Shown: piece after piece, positions 1 to 10,089 of the stretch
Position numbering within the stretch: the stretch's first letter is position 1
How the letters are laid out: each line of letters starts with the position of its first letter
Assembly: GCA_963822965.1 (NCBI GenBank)
Contig: CAWGJT010000006.1
Coordinates: forward strand, 768,001-832,000
Direction: 5' to 3'
DNA from: an uncultured delta proteobacterium
GTDB lineage: Bacteria > Myxococcota_A > UBA9160 > UBA4427
Length of the DNA: 64,000 nt
Position numbers and translations under genes: made by a program
The notes under the pieces: generated by a model
Database searches by the model: none
What the model saw: only the letters and a program-made list of their open reading frames with translations
What the model was told of the DNA's origin: nothing

Positions 1-437
1 ACCTGGACGAGCTCGCCTCGACACGGCCTGCGACGACGGGGCTGCTGGATCCGAGGCGCGCGACGAGCCCGGGGGACCCACAGACCGTCCTCGATCATCC
101 AGTGCCGCAGCGTCTCGACCGACAGGCCTAGGCCGTGCACCTCCGTCAGCTTCTCGTGGGCCAGCGTCGGGCCGAAGCCCTCGTACCGGCTGCGGAGCGT
201 GGCGAGCGCCTCCCGGCGCAGCTCGGCGGAGAGCCGCCGGTTGCTGGGCCTGCCGCGATGCTTCGACGCCAGGCCGCCGGCGCCGTCCCGCTCATAGGCC
301 CGGCGAAGACGACGAACCTGCCGCGTCGTCAAGCCCAGCATCCGCGCCGCCTCACGCTGCGTCAGCCGCTTCGCGATCACACGCTCGATCACGCTCACCC
401 GGTCCAGCTCCTCGTAGCTCAACGTCACCGTCTCCAT
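1..437 (-). CDS. ISNCY-family transposase, N-terminal part (truncated by window edge)
   Basis: Manual translation METVTLSYEELDRVSVIERVIAKRLTQREAARMLG...GELVQV is nearly identical to ORF 14422-15759. Confidence 0.9.
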   Translation of the reverse strand, partial: METVTLSYEELDRVSVIERVIAKRLTQREAARMLGLTTRQVRRLRRAYERDGAGGLASKHRGRPSNRRLSAELRREALATLRSRYEGFGPTLAHEKLTEVHGLGLSVETLRHWMIEDGLWVPRARRAPRIQQPRRRRPCRGELVQ

Positions 438-519
438 GCCCGCGGGAATACCCCGGCCGGTTGGAGAAAGCGGACATTTCTACTTTGGAGAGAGCGGACA
501 CTTCTATCTGGGCACTACA
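1..519 (-). mobile_element. ISNCY/IS481-like element, type A, copy 1 (partial, runs off window start)
   Basis: End reads ...CGGACATTTCTAC...CGGACACTTCTATCTGGGCACTACA at 519, closely matching the end of the element at 14322-15841. Confidence 0.85.
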
Positions 520-524
520 GCCTC

Positions 525-2060
525 TGTCAACGCCAGATAGAAATGTCGGCCTGTCTGCAAAGTAGAAATGTCGGGTTCTGCCTCTGCTCTGGCCTTCCGG
601 CCGACAGGGGTCAATCCCCTGGAGGACGGACGTCCGCCTGCGCGGCTCAACCCGGGGCCGCAGCCTCCGCCTGCGCCGCGCGAATCCGCTCCTTCTGCCG
701 GAGCGTGAGCTTGCTGCCGCGGGATAGGCGCTGGCGGTCCCGCTCCTGCTGATCCGCCTGGATCTTCGCCAGCACCGCGCCCAGGCGCTTGTTCGCGACG
801 ATGGCTCCCTGCGAGACGTGCGGGTTCTTGTCGAAGAGGGTGCGGGACGGGAGAAGCCGCCCTGCGTGGAAGATCTCGATACCTCCGTCCGCGGCCTCGT
901 GCACGCGGCACGTCTCGCCCGCGAGCCGCAGGGTGTCCGGGCCGGGCTCCACCAGGTAGAGCACCCGCTTGTAGTGGAGTGTCAGGTTGCGTGTGAGCTT
1001 GCGGTGCTCCTGCCAGGTGAAGATCCGCGCGAGGTCTTCGTCGTCCCGGACGGGACGATGCGCATCGTGCGCGCTCGCGGGCTCGCGGCCGAAGCGCGCG
1101 TTGTAGTCCGCCTGGAACTCCGGCAGGTAGGCGTTGCCGGCCTCGGGCGTCGAGATCCCGCGCAGGCGGAGCTCCTTCACCAGCCGGTCCTGGAGCGTGA
1201 GATGAGCGCGCTCGACCCGACCCTTGGCCTGCGGACTGTTGGCGCAGACGATGTCGATGTTGAGCTCGGAGAGCGCACGGCTGAACTGCGTGATTCCGGC
1301 CGTCTGCCGCGCCTGCGAGTTCGACACGCGGAAGATGCTCGCCTTGTCGCTATAGAAGGCGACGGGCTTGCCGTAGCGCTCGAGGTAGGCCCGCGTCGAC
1401 GCGAAGTAGTCGAAGGCGGACTCCGAGGCCACGAAGCGAAGCTCCTGGAGCCGACTCGTCGCGTCGTCCACGTAGACGAGCAGCGTGCAGCGGGACCCGC
1501 GATCCTCGAACCAGTCGTGGTCGCAGCCGTCGATCTGCACGAGCTCGCCGAGACACGACCGTCGATGGCGGGGCTGATGGGCGCGGCGCGGTCGCTGCGA
1601 GCGGGGCACCCACACGCCCGCATCGATCATCCATCGGCGCAGCGTCTCGCGGGAGACCACGACGCCGTGTTGCTCCGTGAGCTTCTCACACGCGAGTGTT
1701 GGCCCGAAGTCGGCGTAGCGGGCTCGGACCAGACCCAGCGCGTGCTCGCAAACCGCCTCGGGCAGCTTCCGGTTGCTGGGACGACCGCGCTTGCGCGAGA
1801 CGAGCCCGCCGGCTCCGTCCGCCCGCAACGTTCGGCACAGGCGCTCGACCTGGCGCAGGCTCAGGCCCAGCTGCTCCGCGGCCTGGCGCTGGGTCAGCCG
1901 CCGTTCGATCACACGGCCCAGCACCTCGAGCCGGTCCAGCTCCTTCGCGCTCATCGTCCAGGTTCTCGCACCGTCCATGTCGGCCTCCCGGCCCGACACG
2001 GTGCCTGGAACCCGACATTTCTAAGTTGCTCAAACCCGACATTTCCATTTTGCGCCTACA
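525..2060 (-). mobile_element. ISNCY/IS481-like element, type B, copy 1 (1536 bp)
   Basis: TGT...ACA termini with paired GAAATGTC/GACATTTC motifs at each end; appears identical to 15848-17383. Confidence 0.92.
647..1999 (-). CDS. ISNCY-family DDE transposase (HTH + integrase core)
   Basis: Motifs GELVQIDGCDHDWF, VYVDDATS, FYSDKASIF, SPQAKGRVER. Confidence 0.95.
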   Translation of the reverse strand: MSGREADMDGARTWTMSAKELDRLEVLGRVIERRLTQRQAAEQLGLSLRQVERLCRTLRADGAGGLVSRKRGRPSNRKLPEAVCEHALGLVRARYADFGPTLACEKLTEQHGVVVSRETLRRWMIDAGVWVPRSQRPRRAHQPRHRRSCLGELVQIDGCDHDWFEDRGSRCTLLVYVDDATSRLQELRFVASESAFDYFASTRAYLERYGKPVAFYSDKASIFRVSNSQARQTAGITQFSRALSELNIDIVCANSPQAKGRVERAHLTLQDRLVKELRLRGISTPEAGNAYLPEFQADYNARFGREPASAHDAHRPVRDDEDLARIFTWQEHRKLTRNLTLHYKRVLYLVEPGPDTLRLAGETCRVHEAADGGIEIFHAGRLLPSRTLFDKNPHVSQGAIVANKRLGAVLAKIQADQQERDRQRLSRGSKLTLRQKERIRAAQAEAAAPG

Positions 2061-2118
2061 CGCGTCAGGTCCGGGTAGGGACGTTATGTCAATCCCCCAG
2101 AGGGGCCCGGCGGCGGGG
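2061..2118. repeat. Inner part of the ~80-bp oriIS-like repeat (copy C)
   Basis: Identical to 17384-17441 and homologous to 2785-2841. Confidence 0.85.
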
Positions 2119-2337
2119 AACAACGCGTGCTCGACGTCTTCGAGCACGGAGACCAGAGGCAGCGGGACTTCGACGTGCGCGGAGTGAGCGACCTCCAACC
2201 CTTGAGTGGAGGTCGACTTCGTGGAATGCTTCGCCATGGTGGCTCCTTCGTGGTGTGGTTACCCCCTCCGTACCACACGGAGGGTGAAGGAGCCGCCACT
2301 CTCAGCAGCTCAAATCAACAGGCTTTGGGACATCTCC
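2119..2337 (-). pseudogene. IS256-family remnant: left end plus ~40 N-terminal transposase codons (ATG 2237)
   Basis: End GGAGATGTCCCAAAGCCTGTTGA resembles IS256-family IRs. RBS AAGGAG sits in hairpin 2238-2297. ORF MAKHSTKST...VLEDVEHALF is cut at the repeat. Confidence 0.6.
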
Positions 2338-2530
2338 GTTTGATCGCCGACTCCTGCTGGCCGTGTTCATACAGCCGGGAACAGCCGCAAGAAGAAGTTC
2401 CAAAAATGAGAATCCCTAAAGGCAGCTCGGGCCAACCCCAAACGCGACCAATCTAGAACAGTATCAAGCCATTTCTCACCTCTATCAATCTTGATTCAAG
2501 GTCTTGTATGTAAACCGCAAGCTGTCTTGC

Positions 2531-2760
2531 GGTTAGGCCTTTAGCTCCGCTCTCAGTCGGAAGAGCGGCATCGGACCGCTCCGCAGAGCGCGTCGAAGCA
2601 CAAGCGTTCCGAGTTCCTTGCTCTGGCTGCGATGGTTGTACCGGAAGCTGAACTCACCGAGGTAGCGGCTCAGGTAGGCGTGGCTGACGCCGTGAAACGT
2701 ACCTCGCAGCCAGCTCTTCAGATTCGAGAAGACGACGTGGCTCCACGGGAAGAGCTTGAA
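2531..2760 (-). pseudogene. IS1595-family transposase C-terminal remnant
   Basis: FPWSHVVFSNLKSWLRGTFHGVSHAYLSRYLGEFSFRYNHR is a typical IS1595 C-terminal motif. The 5' part is replaced by the repeat starting at 2762. Confidence 0.85.
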
Positions 2761-2761
2761 G

Positions 2762-2841
2762 ATAGGAAGGATGAGCCGGGTTTCTGGCTCACGTCCGAGT
2801 AGGGGCCTTATGTCAATCCCCCTCAGGGCCCCGGTGGCGGG
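2762..2841. repeat. ~80-bp IS91 oriIS-like end (copy A, uninterrupted)
   Basis: Ungapped match to 14293-14321 + 17390-17440 (about 14 mismatches in 80 by hand count). Minus strand ends ...CATCCTTCCTATC (CCTAT as in IS91/ISCR oriIS). Contains hairpin TGAGCC..GGCTCA and an outward TTGACA. Confidence 0.7.
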
Positions 2842-2993
2842 CCCCGGTGGCGGGCGAATCGATCCGACCCTCGGACCGGTCGTGTCGCGGAAGCCATCCG
2901 CATCCCCTCGTCCGCCACTCGGAGGCAAAGTCGTACGCAGATGTGCGACCTCGCCCGGCCGGACCGGGCAGCGCAAGAGTCCGACGGAAACGC

Positions 2994-3022
2994 TTGACTT
3001 CCATTTTGCATACGGATTAGAT
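2994..3022 (+). promoter_or_regulatory. Putative sigma70 promoter of the cargo operon
   Basis: TTGACT-17 nt-TTAGAT in an AT-rich patch upstream of RBS GGAGG and ATG 3055. Confidence 0.4.
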
Positions 3023-3054
3023 GGCGCGGGTCACGGTGACACGCCGGAGGGACG

Positions 3055-3366
3055 ATGCGGAGCCTGCAGATCACACTGGGCCTGGTCACGGCGATCGCCG
3101 TCTCCGGGATCGCCCCCGCGGCCGGCGCAGGCTGCTGCCAGCTCGTGCGCATCGACCCGCCGGCCTCGACGGTTCTCCGCGTGTGCGAAGACGACGGCAC
3201 GGGCCACTGTGGCACCGTCCTCTTCGAGGGGGATCTCGCGCAGGACGCGAGCCAGGCTGTCTGCACTGCGGATTCGACCATCCTCTATCAGGAATGGGAC
3301 ACGACGGGCGCGTCGTTCGACGCGCCCGTCGTGGCTCGCTGCGACGGCGATGACGTCGAGCTGTAG
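3055..3366 (+). CDS. Small secreted Cys-rich hypothetical protein
   Basis: GGAGG RBS, signal peptide (..IAPAAGA), 6 Cys, acidic mature part; overlaps the start of the next gene. Confidence 0.75.
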   Translation: MRSLQITLGLVTAIAVSGIAPAAGAGCCQLVRIDPPASTVLRVCEDDGTGHCGTVLFEGDLAQDASQAVCTADSTILYQEWDTTGASFDAPVVARCDGDDVEL

Positions 3367-6300
3367 CCGCAACGGCCTCCACTACGGCGCCGCGCTGGTC
3401 TTCCTGCTGGCCGCGCTCCTGACCCGGCCCGCCCTCGCCGTCACCTACGTGTTCGACGACGTCTTCGACGGCGACGTCGTAGCCGTCACCCTGACCTTGA
3501 CCGACGTGGCTCCGGAGCAGGTGGAGATCCACGTCTCCGTGGCCCCGGGCGACGGAGACATTCTCGGTGTGTTCGGCAACGTGCCGGGCGACGATGTCGT
3601 ACCCACCCTTGTCGTCGAGGACGTGAGCGGCGACCTCACCCAGTGGCAGTTCAAGGCGAACGGCGTCTCGAAGGTCGGTGGCGGAAACACGATGGCACCG
3701 ACGAAGACCTGGGACTGGGGCGTGCGTCTCGGCGAGAACGGGAGCCCCGGTGGCGTGGTGGTCGAGAGCGCCACTTTCCGCTTGTCGGGCGACGGTCTCA
3801 GCGCGGCGGCCTTGGCCGCCTCCGTGACCGAGGGGCTCGTCTTCGGTGTCCGCATCCAGAGCACGCCCGGCCCCGAGTTCTCGGCGAAGGTCCACATGCT
3901 GGCCGGCACGGCTCCGGTGGAGGAGCCGCCCACGATCGCCATCGCGACCCCCGCCGATGGAGTCCTGCTCGCGGCGAGCCCGGTGACCATCTCGGGCACG
4001 ACCTCCGACGCGAACGCCGCGGTGGACGTGAACGGCAGCTCGGCCACCAACACCGATGGCAGCTGGACCACGACCCTCGACCTCGCCGACGGCCCTCACA
4101 CTTTGACCGCCACCGCGACCAACGGCGCGGGCAGCGGCAGCGACCAGATCGCCGTCACGGTCGACACGACGCCGCCGGTCGTCGTCATCGGCGACCCACC
4201 GGACGGCTTCGCGACGGTGGCCGCGGCCGTCGACGTGAGCGGCAGCGTGACGGATGCGTCACCGATCGCGACCTTCACCCTCGACGGCGTGGAAGTGCCA
4301 CTCCAGGGCGGCGCCTGGAGCGCTTCCGTGGCGCTCGCTCCGGGCACCCAGGTGATCACCGCGGTGGCCGTCGACCAGGCAGGGCACCAGGGGTCGGCGT
4401 CCATCGGCGTCACACGCGGCAGTGCGCCCACCATCAGTCTGAGCACGCCCGCGCCGGGCCTCCTCACGAACCAGGCCGTGATCTCCGTGGCCGGGACGGC
4501 TACGGGGTCGAGCCCGCTGACGGTCGACGTGAACGGAGTAGCCGCCAGCCTCTCGGGCGGAAGCTTCACCGCGCAGGTTCCGCTGAGCGAGGGAGCGAAC
4601 CTGCTCACAGCCACGGTCAGCAATGCTTTCGGGATCGCGAGCGCCCAGCTGTCCGTCACGCGCGACAGCCTGCCGCCGGTGGTATCGATCGTGAGCCCGG
4701 TGGACGGCGCAACGGTCCAGACCAGCCCCGTCCTGGTCTCGGGCTCGGTCAGCGACGCGAGCCCGATCATCGCGCTTGCCGTGCAGGGGAGCCCGGAGGC
4801 TCCCGGGAACGCCTTCTCGGCGTCCGTTCCGCTCGGTCCCGGTGCCAACACGCTCGGCGTCTCGGCCACGGACGCAGCGGGCAACGTGGGGTCAGCCACG
4901 GTTGCCGTCACGCTCGCCGGAACCGCGCTCGACGTCCACATCACCGGCCCCGCGCCGGGTGCGGTGGTCGTGGTCCCCTCGACGACCGTCGTCGGGACGG
5001 TGTCGGACGAGAAAGCCCGGGTGTACGTGAATGGGGTCCTGGCGACTGTCGTCGGCGGGCGCTTCACGGCGATCGCCGTGCCCCTCGAGCCGGGCCCGAA
5101 CACCCTGACGGCGGTGGCCACCCGGAGCGGCGACACGGCCACCGACGCCGTCGCCGTGGTCCACCACCCGGCGCCCCACGTGCAGATCTCGTCCCCTCGC
5201 TCGGGCGCCGTGCTGCGGAGCGCGCTCACCGACGTGGACGGAACCGTGGATCCGCCCGCAGCCTTCGTGGACGTGAACGGTACGACCGCGGGTGTCGGCC
5301 CAACGGGGCGCTTCGTCGTGCACGACCTGCCGCTCGCCAGCGGACCGAACACGATCATCGCCCGCGCGATCGACCCCTACGGAGCCCAGGCGCACGACGC
5401 GGTCGACGTCACGCGCGACGACGACGCGCCGCCCGGCCTCCAGGTCGTCTCGCTCTACGGCGTCCCCTATGTGGACGACGCGACGGCGTTCGCCGACGTC
5501 GACCAGTACGATCGCGCCCAGGCCTACGGCGACCCGGCGGGCTTCTTCGGCGCGCCCTTCGACCCGGTGTCGCGGAGTCGCATGGTGCCGACGCCGGCGG
5601 TGCCGCCGGTCTCGGAAGGCGCCGAGATCTCGGTGATCAGCGACCGGCCGGACGACGTGCAGCTCGAGTACTTCTACGAGGACAGCACGATTCCCGCGCT
5701 CACCCTGGTCGAGACGCCCACTCCCCTGGACGGCCCGGGGTTCGACCCCGACTCGTATGCGGTCAGTGACGCCTTCGCGCCGGCGGCGTTCGTCCCCACC
5801 CACATCGCCGACTTCTTCGAGCTTCCCCTGTGTGCCGGCGACTCCGGCTGCCCGCCCGGCGGGCTCCTGCAGCACGCAGTCGTTCGCGCCCGCGCGACGG
5901 CGGGCGGCACCAGCGACGAGCTCGCCCTGCAGACGGACCCCAACAACTCGCTGCAGGTCGAGATCACCTCCCCCGCGTACGCCTCGAACGTGTTCGGCAC
6001 GCAGGTCACGGTCACCGGGACGGTGCGCGCGACGATGCCGGTGCTGGACACGGCGCGCTACCAGGTGCTGGACACCTTCGGAACGCTGCTCGATTCGGGG
6101 ACCCTCGCCGTCAACGCCGAGGAGGACCCGAGCGATCCTGACTTCGGCGTGCAGGGACACTTCACGATCTCGGACCTCGCGATCGGCGCGGACATCCTGC
6201 GCTTCCGCGTCACCGTGCAGGACTCGCGCGGGCGCTCGCGGACCACCGAGTCGTACATCACGGCCTCCGCGACGGCACCGCCGCCGCGGCTGGTGAGCCC

Positions 6301-9300
6301 CGCCGATGGATCCGCCATCGTGGGGACGACCGTCTCCGTGTCGCTCGACTTCCCCGAGGACGCGACCCTGACGAGCCTGAACGGTGCCCCCGACGGACGC
6401 AGCTTCGCCGCGGGCTACGCGCAGGACGCACTCGTCCTGCCGATCACGCCAGGCGCGAACCTGTTCGTGCTGGACTTCGACACGCCCTCCGGCGCGAACA
6501 CCATCTCGTTCACCTTCTTCGGGGTGGCCGCCCGCCAGCTGCCGCGCATCCAATCGCCGGCAGCTGGCGCCTACCTGAACAGCAACACGGTGCTGGTGAC
6601 GGGAGCGGTCCCGCTCGGAACGCCGTATGTCGAGGTGAACGGGGTCGGCGCGGCGCTCGCCGCCGACGGGGTGACGTTCAGCGCCACCATTCCCGTCCCC
6701 GCGAGCACGGGCTACCAGGTGGAGAACGGCGTCGTGGTTCCGAAGCCGTTCCAGATCACCGCGGTAGCCTATCCGCTGGGTGACGCGACCACGATCGATA
6801 CCTACCCCGACCGCGTTGCGGAGCCCCTGGTCGAGCTGCTGCCGCCCGACGGCACCCGTACCCTCGACCCGGAGGTGATCGTCTCGGGCGAGGTCGCCGA
6901 GCCCATGCTCGTCGCCCTCGAGACGCCGGCGCAGATCCTGCGCGTGGACGCCCGCACGAATCCGCGCTTCGAGTTCCCCGCGGTGCCGCTCGCGCCCGGC
7001 GTCAACGCCTTCACGCTGCGCGCGTCGGACCGTGCGGGCAACGAGATCGTGCGATCGCTCGCGATCGAGCAGCTGCCCTCCGCGCTGGCACTCCTCTCGC
7101 CCGCACCGGGGACCAGCGTGCCCGGGCTGGCCGTGGACCTCCAGCTCGAGGCGTACGCGGACGTCACGCTGGATGCACTCTTCGTGGGAGGCACCCTGGT
7201 CTCCGGGACGGCCTGGCCGGGCGGGCAGCTGCCCATCGCCACCGGCACCGTCACCCTGGCCAACGTCCCGCTGCAGCCCGGCACGAATGCGCTTCGGCTG
7301 GTCTACCACCGGGGCGACGGGACGAGCGAGGTGCTGGCGCTCGAGATCGATTCCACCGCGACCGCTGCGGCCGGCCTCAAGGGCCTCGTCACGGACGCCG
7401 CCACGGGGTTGCCCGTGGCCGGTGCACTCGTCACCCTGCAGATCGGCGGGCAGACTCTCGTGGTGACGACCGATGCCAACGGCCACTACCGCTTCGATGT
7501 GGCTCCGGGCACCGCGGTCGGAAGTGTCGCGGCCGCGGGCTTCGGGGGCGCGACCTTCAGCGCGAGCCTGGAGGTCGGCCAGGTGGCGGTGGCGGATCTG
7601 CCGCTCGAAGCCAATCAGCTTCCCGGCGTCCTGCCGCCCGGACCCGAGCCGCCTGTGGTCGCGAACGAGATCAGGATCCTGGTGCCCCCCGACGGCACGC
7701 GGACCGACTGGGACGCGGTCACGGTGGTCGGCGAGGTGGCCCAGCCGGCCTCCAGCGTCGTGGTGAACGGCATCGCCGCCCAGGTGGTGGGCAACCGCTT
7801 CACGGCCCCGGGCGTCGTGCTCGCGTCCGGCGCCAACACGCTCACCGCCACCGCCGTCCTGACGGGTGCGGCCGACGTCAGCGACGACGTGCAGGTCGAG
7901 CAGGCCCCCGATCCCGTACTCGCCGTCACCCTGTTCTCGCCGCCCGACGGCGTCAGCGTCCCCGGCAGCGGGCTGGTGGCGCGCGGCTTCGTGAGTGCCC
8001 GGGACGCCTACACGCAGGTCGCGGGCAGCCTGACGGTGCCCGTCGAGGGAGTCTTCGCCGTCCCCGATCTGCCGCTCGCCGCGGGCGAGAACTTGCTCGT
8101 CGCGGCGTCCCGGACCCGGGACCAGACGCAGAGCGCGTTCGCCGAGGTGACGGTCTCTGCGGCAACGGACGCCCCCGCATTGAGACTCTCCGCGCGACCC
8201 GACGCCGGCATCGCTCCCCTGGACGTGCAGCTGATCCTGAGTGCGCCGGGTGGGCTCGCCGCCACGCGCATCGACTTCGATCTCGACGGAGACCTGGTGC
8301 CGGAGGTCGTCGACGACGCGGACGGGGTCGTGAACGCCACATTCACCCTTCCCGCGCGTCAGGTGGCGCGCGCCCTGGTGACGACCGCCGAGGGAGCCGA
8401 GCTCTCGGCGCGCACGCGCGTCCGCGCTTTCCTGGCACCCCAGGCGCGCGCCCCGTTCGCCGCCGGCAATCCCGTGGACCTCGCACCCGCTCCCGGTGGC
8501 GACCTCTGGGTTCTCGACGGGGCGGGAGCCCGCGTGCAGCGCTTCGACCGCGACGGAGCCCTACTGGGGAGCTTCGGCAGCAGCGGAGGCGGGCCGCAGC
8601 AGCTCTCGGGCCCCCAGGCACTGGCGGTTGCCCCCGATGGAAGCATCTACGTGGCCGATACCGGCAACGACCGCATCCAGGTCTTCGCGAGCGACGGCAC
8701 CTGGCTGGCCACGATCGGGACCAGTGGCAACGGACCCGAGCAGCTGAGCGGGCCGCGGGGCGTCGCGGTCGACGACGACTTCGTCTACGTGGCCGACACG
8801 GGCAACGACCGCATCCAGGTCTTCACGCGTGGCGGCACCGCGCACGCGCGGGTCTCCTTCTCCGAGCCGCGAGGGCTCGCGGCGCGGGCGGGCGAGGGCC
8901 TGCTGGTCACGAGCCCCAGCGCTGGACTGCGCGAGTTCGTCGTGCGTGCGAGCGGCCAGGGCTCGCTGGCCCTGCCGCGCGGGCTGGCCGTCTCGGGAGA
9001 CTTGACCCGCATTCGGGGTCCCGTCGACGTAGCTCCCTTCGAGGGCGGAGTGATCGTCGCCGATGCGTCGGCGAACGCGGTGCTCGAGGTGAGCGCAGGC
9101 TGGACCCTGCAGCGAGCGGCGAGCGAAGGGATCGCGTTGCATCCGCTTGCGGTGCAGGCGGGATTCCGGCGGGAGATTCCCTCGATCTACGTGGCCGACG
9201 GGGTCGAGGTGGTCGAGATCGACCTTCCGGTGCAGTCTCCGGTGCCGGTGGTGCAGAGCCTGAAGGACCGTCTGATGGCCGAGGACATCGACGGTGCGCT

Positions 9301-9538
9301 CGAGCTGATCCATCCGCTGCAGCGCCGCCTGTTCGCACAGATCTACTCGGACCTCGGCCCCAACCTGCAGCTGGATGCCGCTGCGATGGGGAGCCTCAAC
9401 ATCGATCTGCTCGGCGAGGATCGCGCGATCGTGCGGATCGAGGCCATGGAGCAGACTCCGGCCGGTCCGAAGCTCCGGCGCTTCCCGGTCACCCTGATCC
9501 GCGCAGAGGACGGAACGTGGCAGATCTACGACTACTGA
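3350..9538 (+). CDS. Large secreted Ig-like repeat protein (~2060 aa) with carboxypeptidase-regulatory-like domain, NHL repeats and C-terminal alpha/beta domain
   Basis: Signal peptide (..LLTRPALA). Many PxIxIxxP..VxVxG..V.VNG..L..G.N.LT..A.D..G repeats. GLVTDAATGLPVAGALV. NHL motif IYVADTGNDRIQVF twice (second copy VYVADTGNDRIQVF). Ends DGTWQIYDY. Start chosen at ATG 3350 rather than ORF start 2756. Confidence 0.9.
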   Translation: MTSSCSRNGLHYGAALVFLLAALLTRPALAVTYVFDDVFDGDVVAVTLTLTDVAPEQVEIHVSVAPGDGDILGVFGNVPGDDVVPTLVVEDVSGDLTQWQFKANGVSKVGGGNTMAPTKTWDWGVRLGENGSPGGVVVESATFRLSGDGLSAAALAASVTEGLVFGVRIQSTPGPEFSAKVHMLAGTAPVEEPPTIAIATPADGVLLAASPVTISGTTSDANAAVDVNGSSATNTDGSWTTTLDLADGPHTLTATATNGAGSGSDQIAVTVDTTPPVVVIGDPPDGFATVAAAVDVSGSVTDASPIATFTLDGVEVPLQGGAWSASVALAPGTQVITAVAVDQAGHQGSASIGVTRGSAPTISLSTPAPGLLTNQAVISVAGTATGSSPLTVDVNGVAASLSGGSFTAQVPLSEGANLLTATVSNAFGIASAQLSVTRDSLPPVVSIVSPVDGATVQTSPVLVSGSVSDASPIIALAVQGSPEAPGNAFSASVPLGPGANTLGVSATDAAGNVGSATVAVTLAGTALDVHITGPAPGAVVVVPSTTVVGTVSDEKARVYVNGVLATVVGGRFTAIAVPLEPGPNTLTAVATRSGDTATDAVAVVHHPAPHVQISSPRSGAVLRSALTDVDGTVDPPAAFVDVNGTTAGVGPTGRFVVHDLPLASGPNTIIARAIDPYGAQAHDAVDVTRDDDAPPGLQVVSLYGVPYVDDATAFADVDQYDRAQAYGDPAGFFGAPFDPVSRSRMVPTPAVPPVSEGAEISVISDRPDDVQLEYFYEDSTIPALTLVETPTPLDGPGFDPDSYAVSDAFAPAAFVPTHIADFFELPLCAGDSGCPPGGLLQHAVVRARATAGGTSDELALQTDPNNSLQVEITSPAYASNVFGTQVTVTGTVRATMPVLDTARYQVLDTFGTLLDSGTLAVNAEEDPSDPDFGVQGHFTISDLAIGADILRFRVTVQDSRGRSRTTESYITASATAPPPRLVSPADGSAIVGTTVSVSLDFPEDATLTSLNGAPDGRSFAAGYAQDALVLPITPGANLFVLDFDTPSGANTISFTFFGVAARQLPRIQSPAAGAYLNSNTVLVTGAVPLGTPYVEVNGVGAALAADGVTFSATIPVPASTGYQVENGVVVPKPFQITAVAYPLGDATTIDTYPDRVAEPLVELLPPDGTRTLDPEVIVSGEVAEPMLVALETPAQILRVDARTNPRFEFPAVPLAPGVNAFTLRASDRAGNEIVRSLAIEQLPSALALLSPAPGTSVPGLAVDLQLEAYADVTLDALFVGGTLVSGTAWPGGQLPIATGTVTLANVPLQPGTNALRLVYHRGDGTSEVLALEIDSTATAAAGLKGLVTDAATGLPVAGALVTLQIGGQTLVVTTDANGHYRFDVAPGTAVGSVAAAGFGGATFSASLEVGQVAVADLPLEANQLPGVLPPGPEPPVVANEIRILVPPDGTRTDWDAVTVVGEVAQPASSVVVNGIAAQVVGNRFTAPGVVLASGANTLTATAVLTGAADVSDDVQVEQAPDPVLAVTLFSPPDGVSVPGSGLVARGFVSARDAYTQVAGSLTVPVEGVFAVPDLPLAAGENLLVAASRTRDQTQSAFAEVTVSAATDAPALRLSARPDAGIAPLDVQLILSAPGGLAATRIDFDLDGDLVPEVVDDADGVVNATFTLPARQVARALVTTAEGAELSARTRVRAFLAPQARAPFAAGNPVDLAPAPGGDLWVLDGAGARVQRFDRDGALLGSFGSSGGGPQQLSGPQALAVAPDGSIYVADTGNDRIQVFASDGTWLATIGTSGNGPEQLSGPRGVAVDDDFVYVADTGNDRIQVFTRGGTAHARVSFSEPRGLAARAGEGLLVTSPSAGLREFVVRASGQGSLALPRGLAVSGDLTRIRGPVDVAPFEGGVIVADASANAVLEVSAGWTLQRAASEGIALHPLAVQAGFRREIPSIYVADGVEVVEIDLPVQSPVPVVQSLKDRLMAEDIDGALELIHPLQRRLFAQIYSDLGPNLQLDAAAMGSLNIDLLGEDRAIVRIEAMEQTPAGPKLRRFPVTLIRAEDGTWQIYDY

Positions 9539-10089
9539 GCTCCGTGCTCGCGCCCCTGGTACTGGTGACGCTGGTTGCGCCATCCTGCTGGACGCTGCCC
9601 ACCCGGGCCGTGCACACCCCGGGGATCGCGGGCCGCGTGGTCGACCATGAAACGGGAGAGCCCGTCGCCGGTGCCGAGGTGTTCGTGTCGCGCTTCGCGG
9701 CCACTCACTATGTGGGACACGCCGGCGCCTCCGTCTTCTATGGGACCCGCTGGACGACGACGGACCAGGAAGGCCGCTTCGCCTTTCCTGCAGAGGACAC
9801 GCCGGTGCCGCCGGACATCCAGCGATGGGAGCAGTTCTCGGACGAGCCGGGGGTCGTGGTCATCCATCCGGATTACGGGCGGGCCCAGAACGCCCGCAAG
9901 ATTGGCGACGATTACGCGCACATCGAGTGGGAGGCGGTGCCGGACTCGTACACGCTGGACTTCTGGAAGCGCCGCTGGGGAGCGGGTGCAATCTGCGGGA
10001 ATTTCGACCGCCCAGGCTATCTCCATTGTTGTGAGTTCGTCTACGGACCAGACCACAAGTGTGGCGGGCGATCGGGGCGTTCCAAATGA
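9517..10089 (+). CDS. Putative lipoprotein with carboxypeptidase-regulatory-like domain and Cys-rich tail
   Basis: Hydrophobic leader ending in APSC; GIAGRVVDHETGEPVAGAEV...TTDQEGRF; overlaps both neighbours (ATGA coupling at 10086-10089). Confidence 0.8.
   Translation: MADLRLLSSVLAPLVLVTLVAPSCWTLPTRAVHTPGIAGRVVDHETGEPVAGAEVFVSRFAATHYVGHAGASVFYGTRWTTTDQEGRFAFPAEDTPVPPDIQRWEQFSDEPGVVVIHPDYGRAQNARKIGDDYAHIEWEAVPDSYTLDFWKRRWGAGAICGNFDRPGYLHCCEFVYGPDHKCGGRSGRSK

Noticed and set aside
2338..2530. Gene in the AT-rich spacer between the IS256 and IS1595 remnants
   Set aside because: No ORF with a credible start and recognisable product; only a 9-bp hairpin at about 2513-2534.
2756..3349. N-terminal extension of the 2260-aa ORF
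   Set aside because: Runs through the oriIS-like repeat, the promoter and the 3055-3366 gene; the signal peptide begins after ATG 3350.
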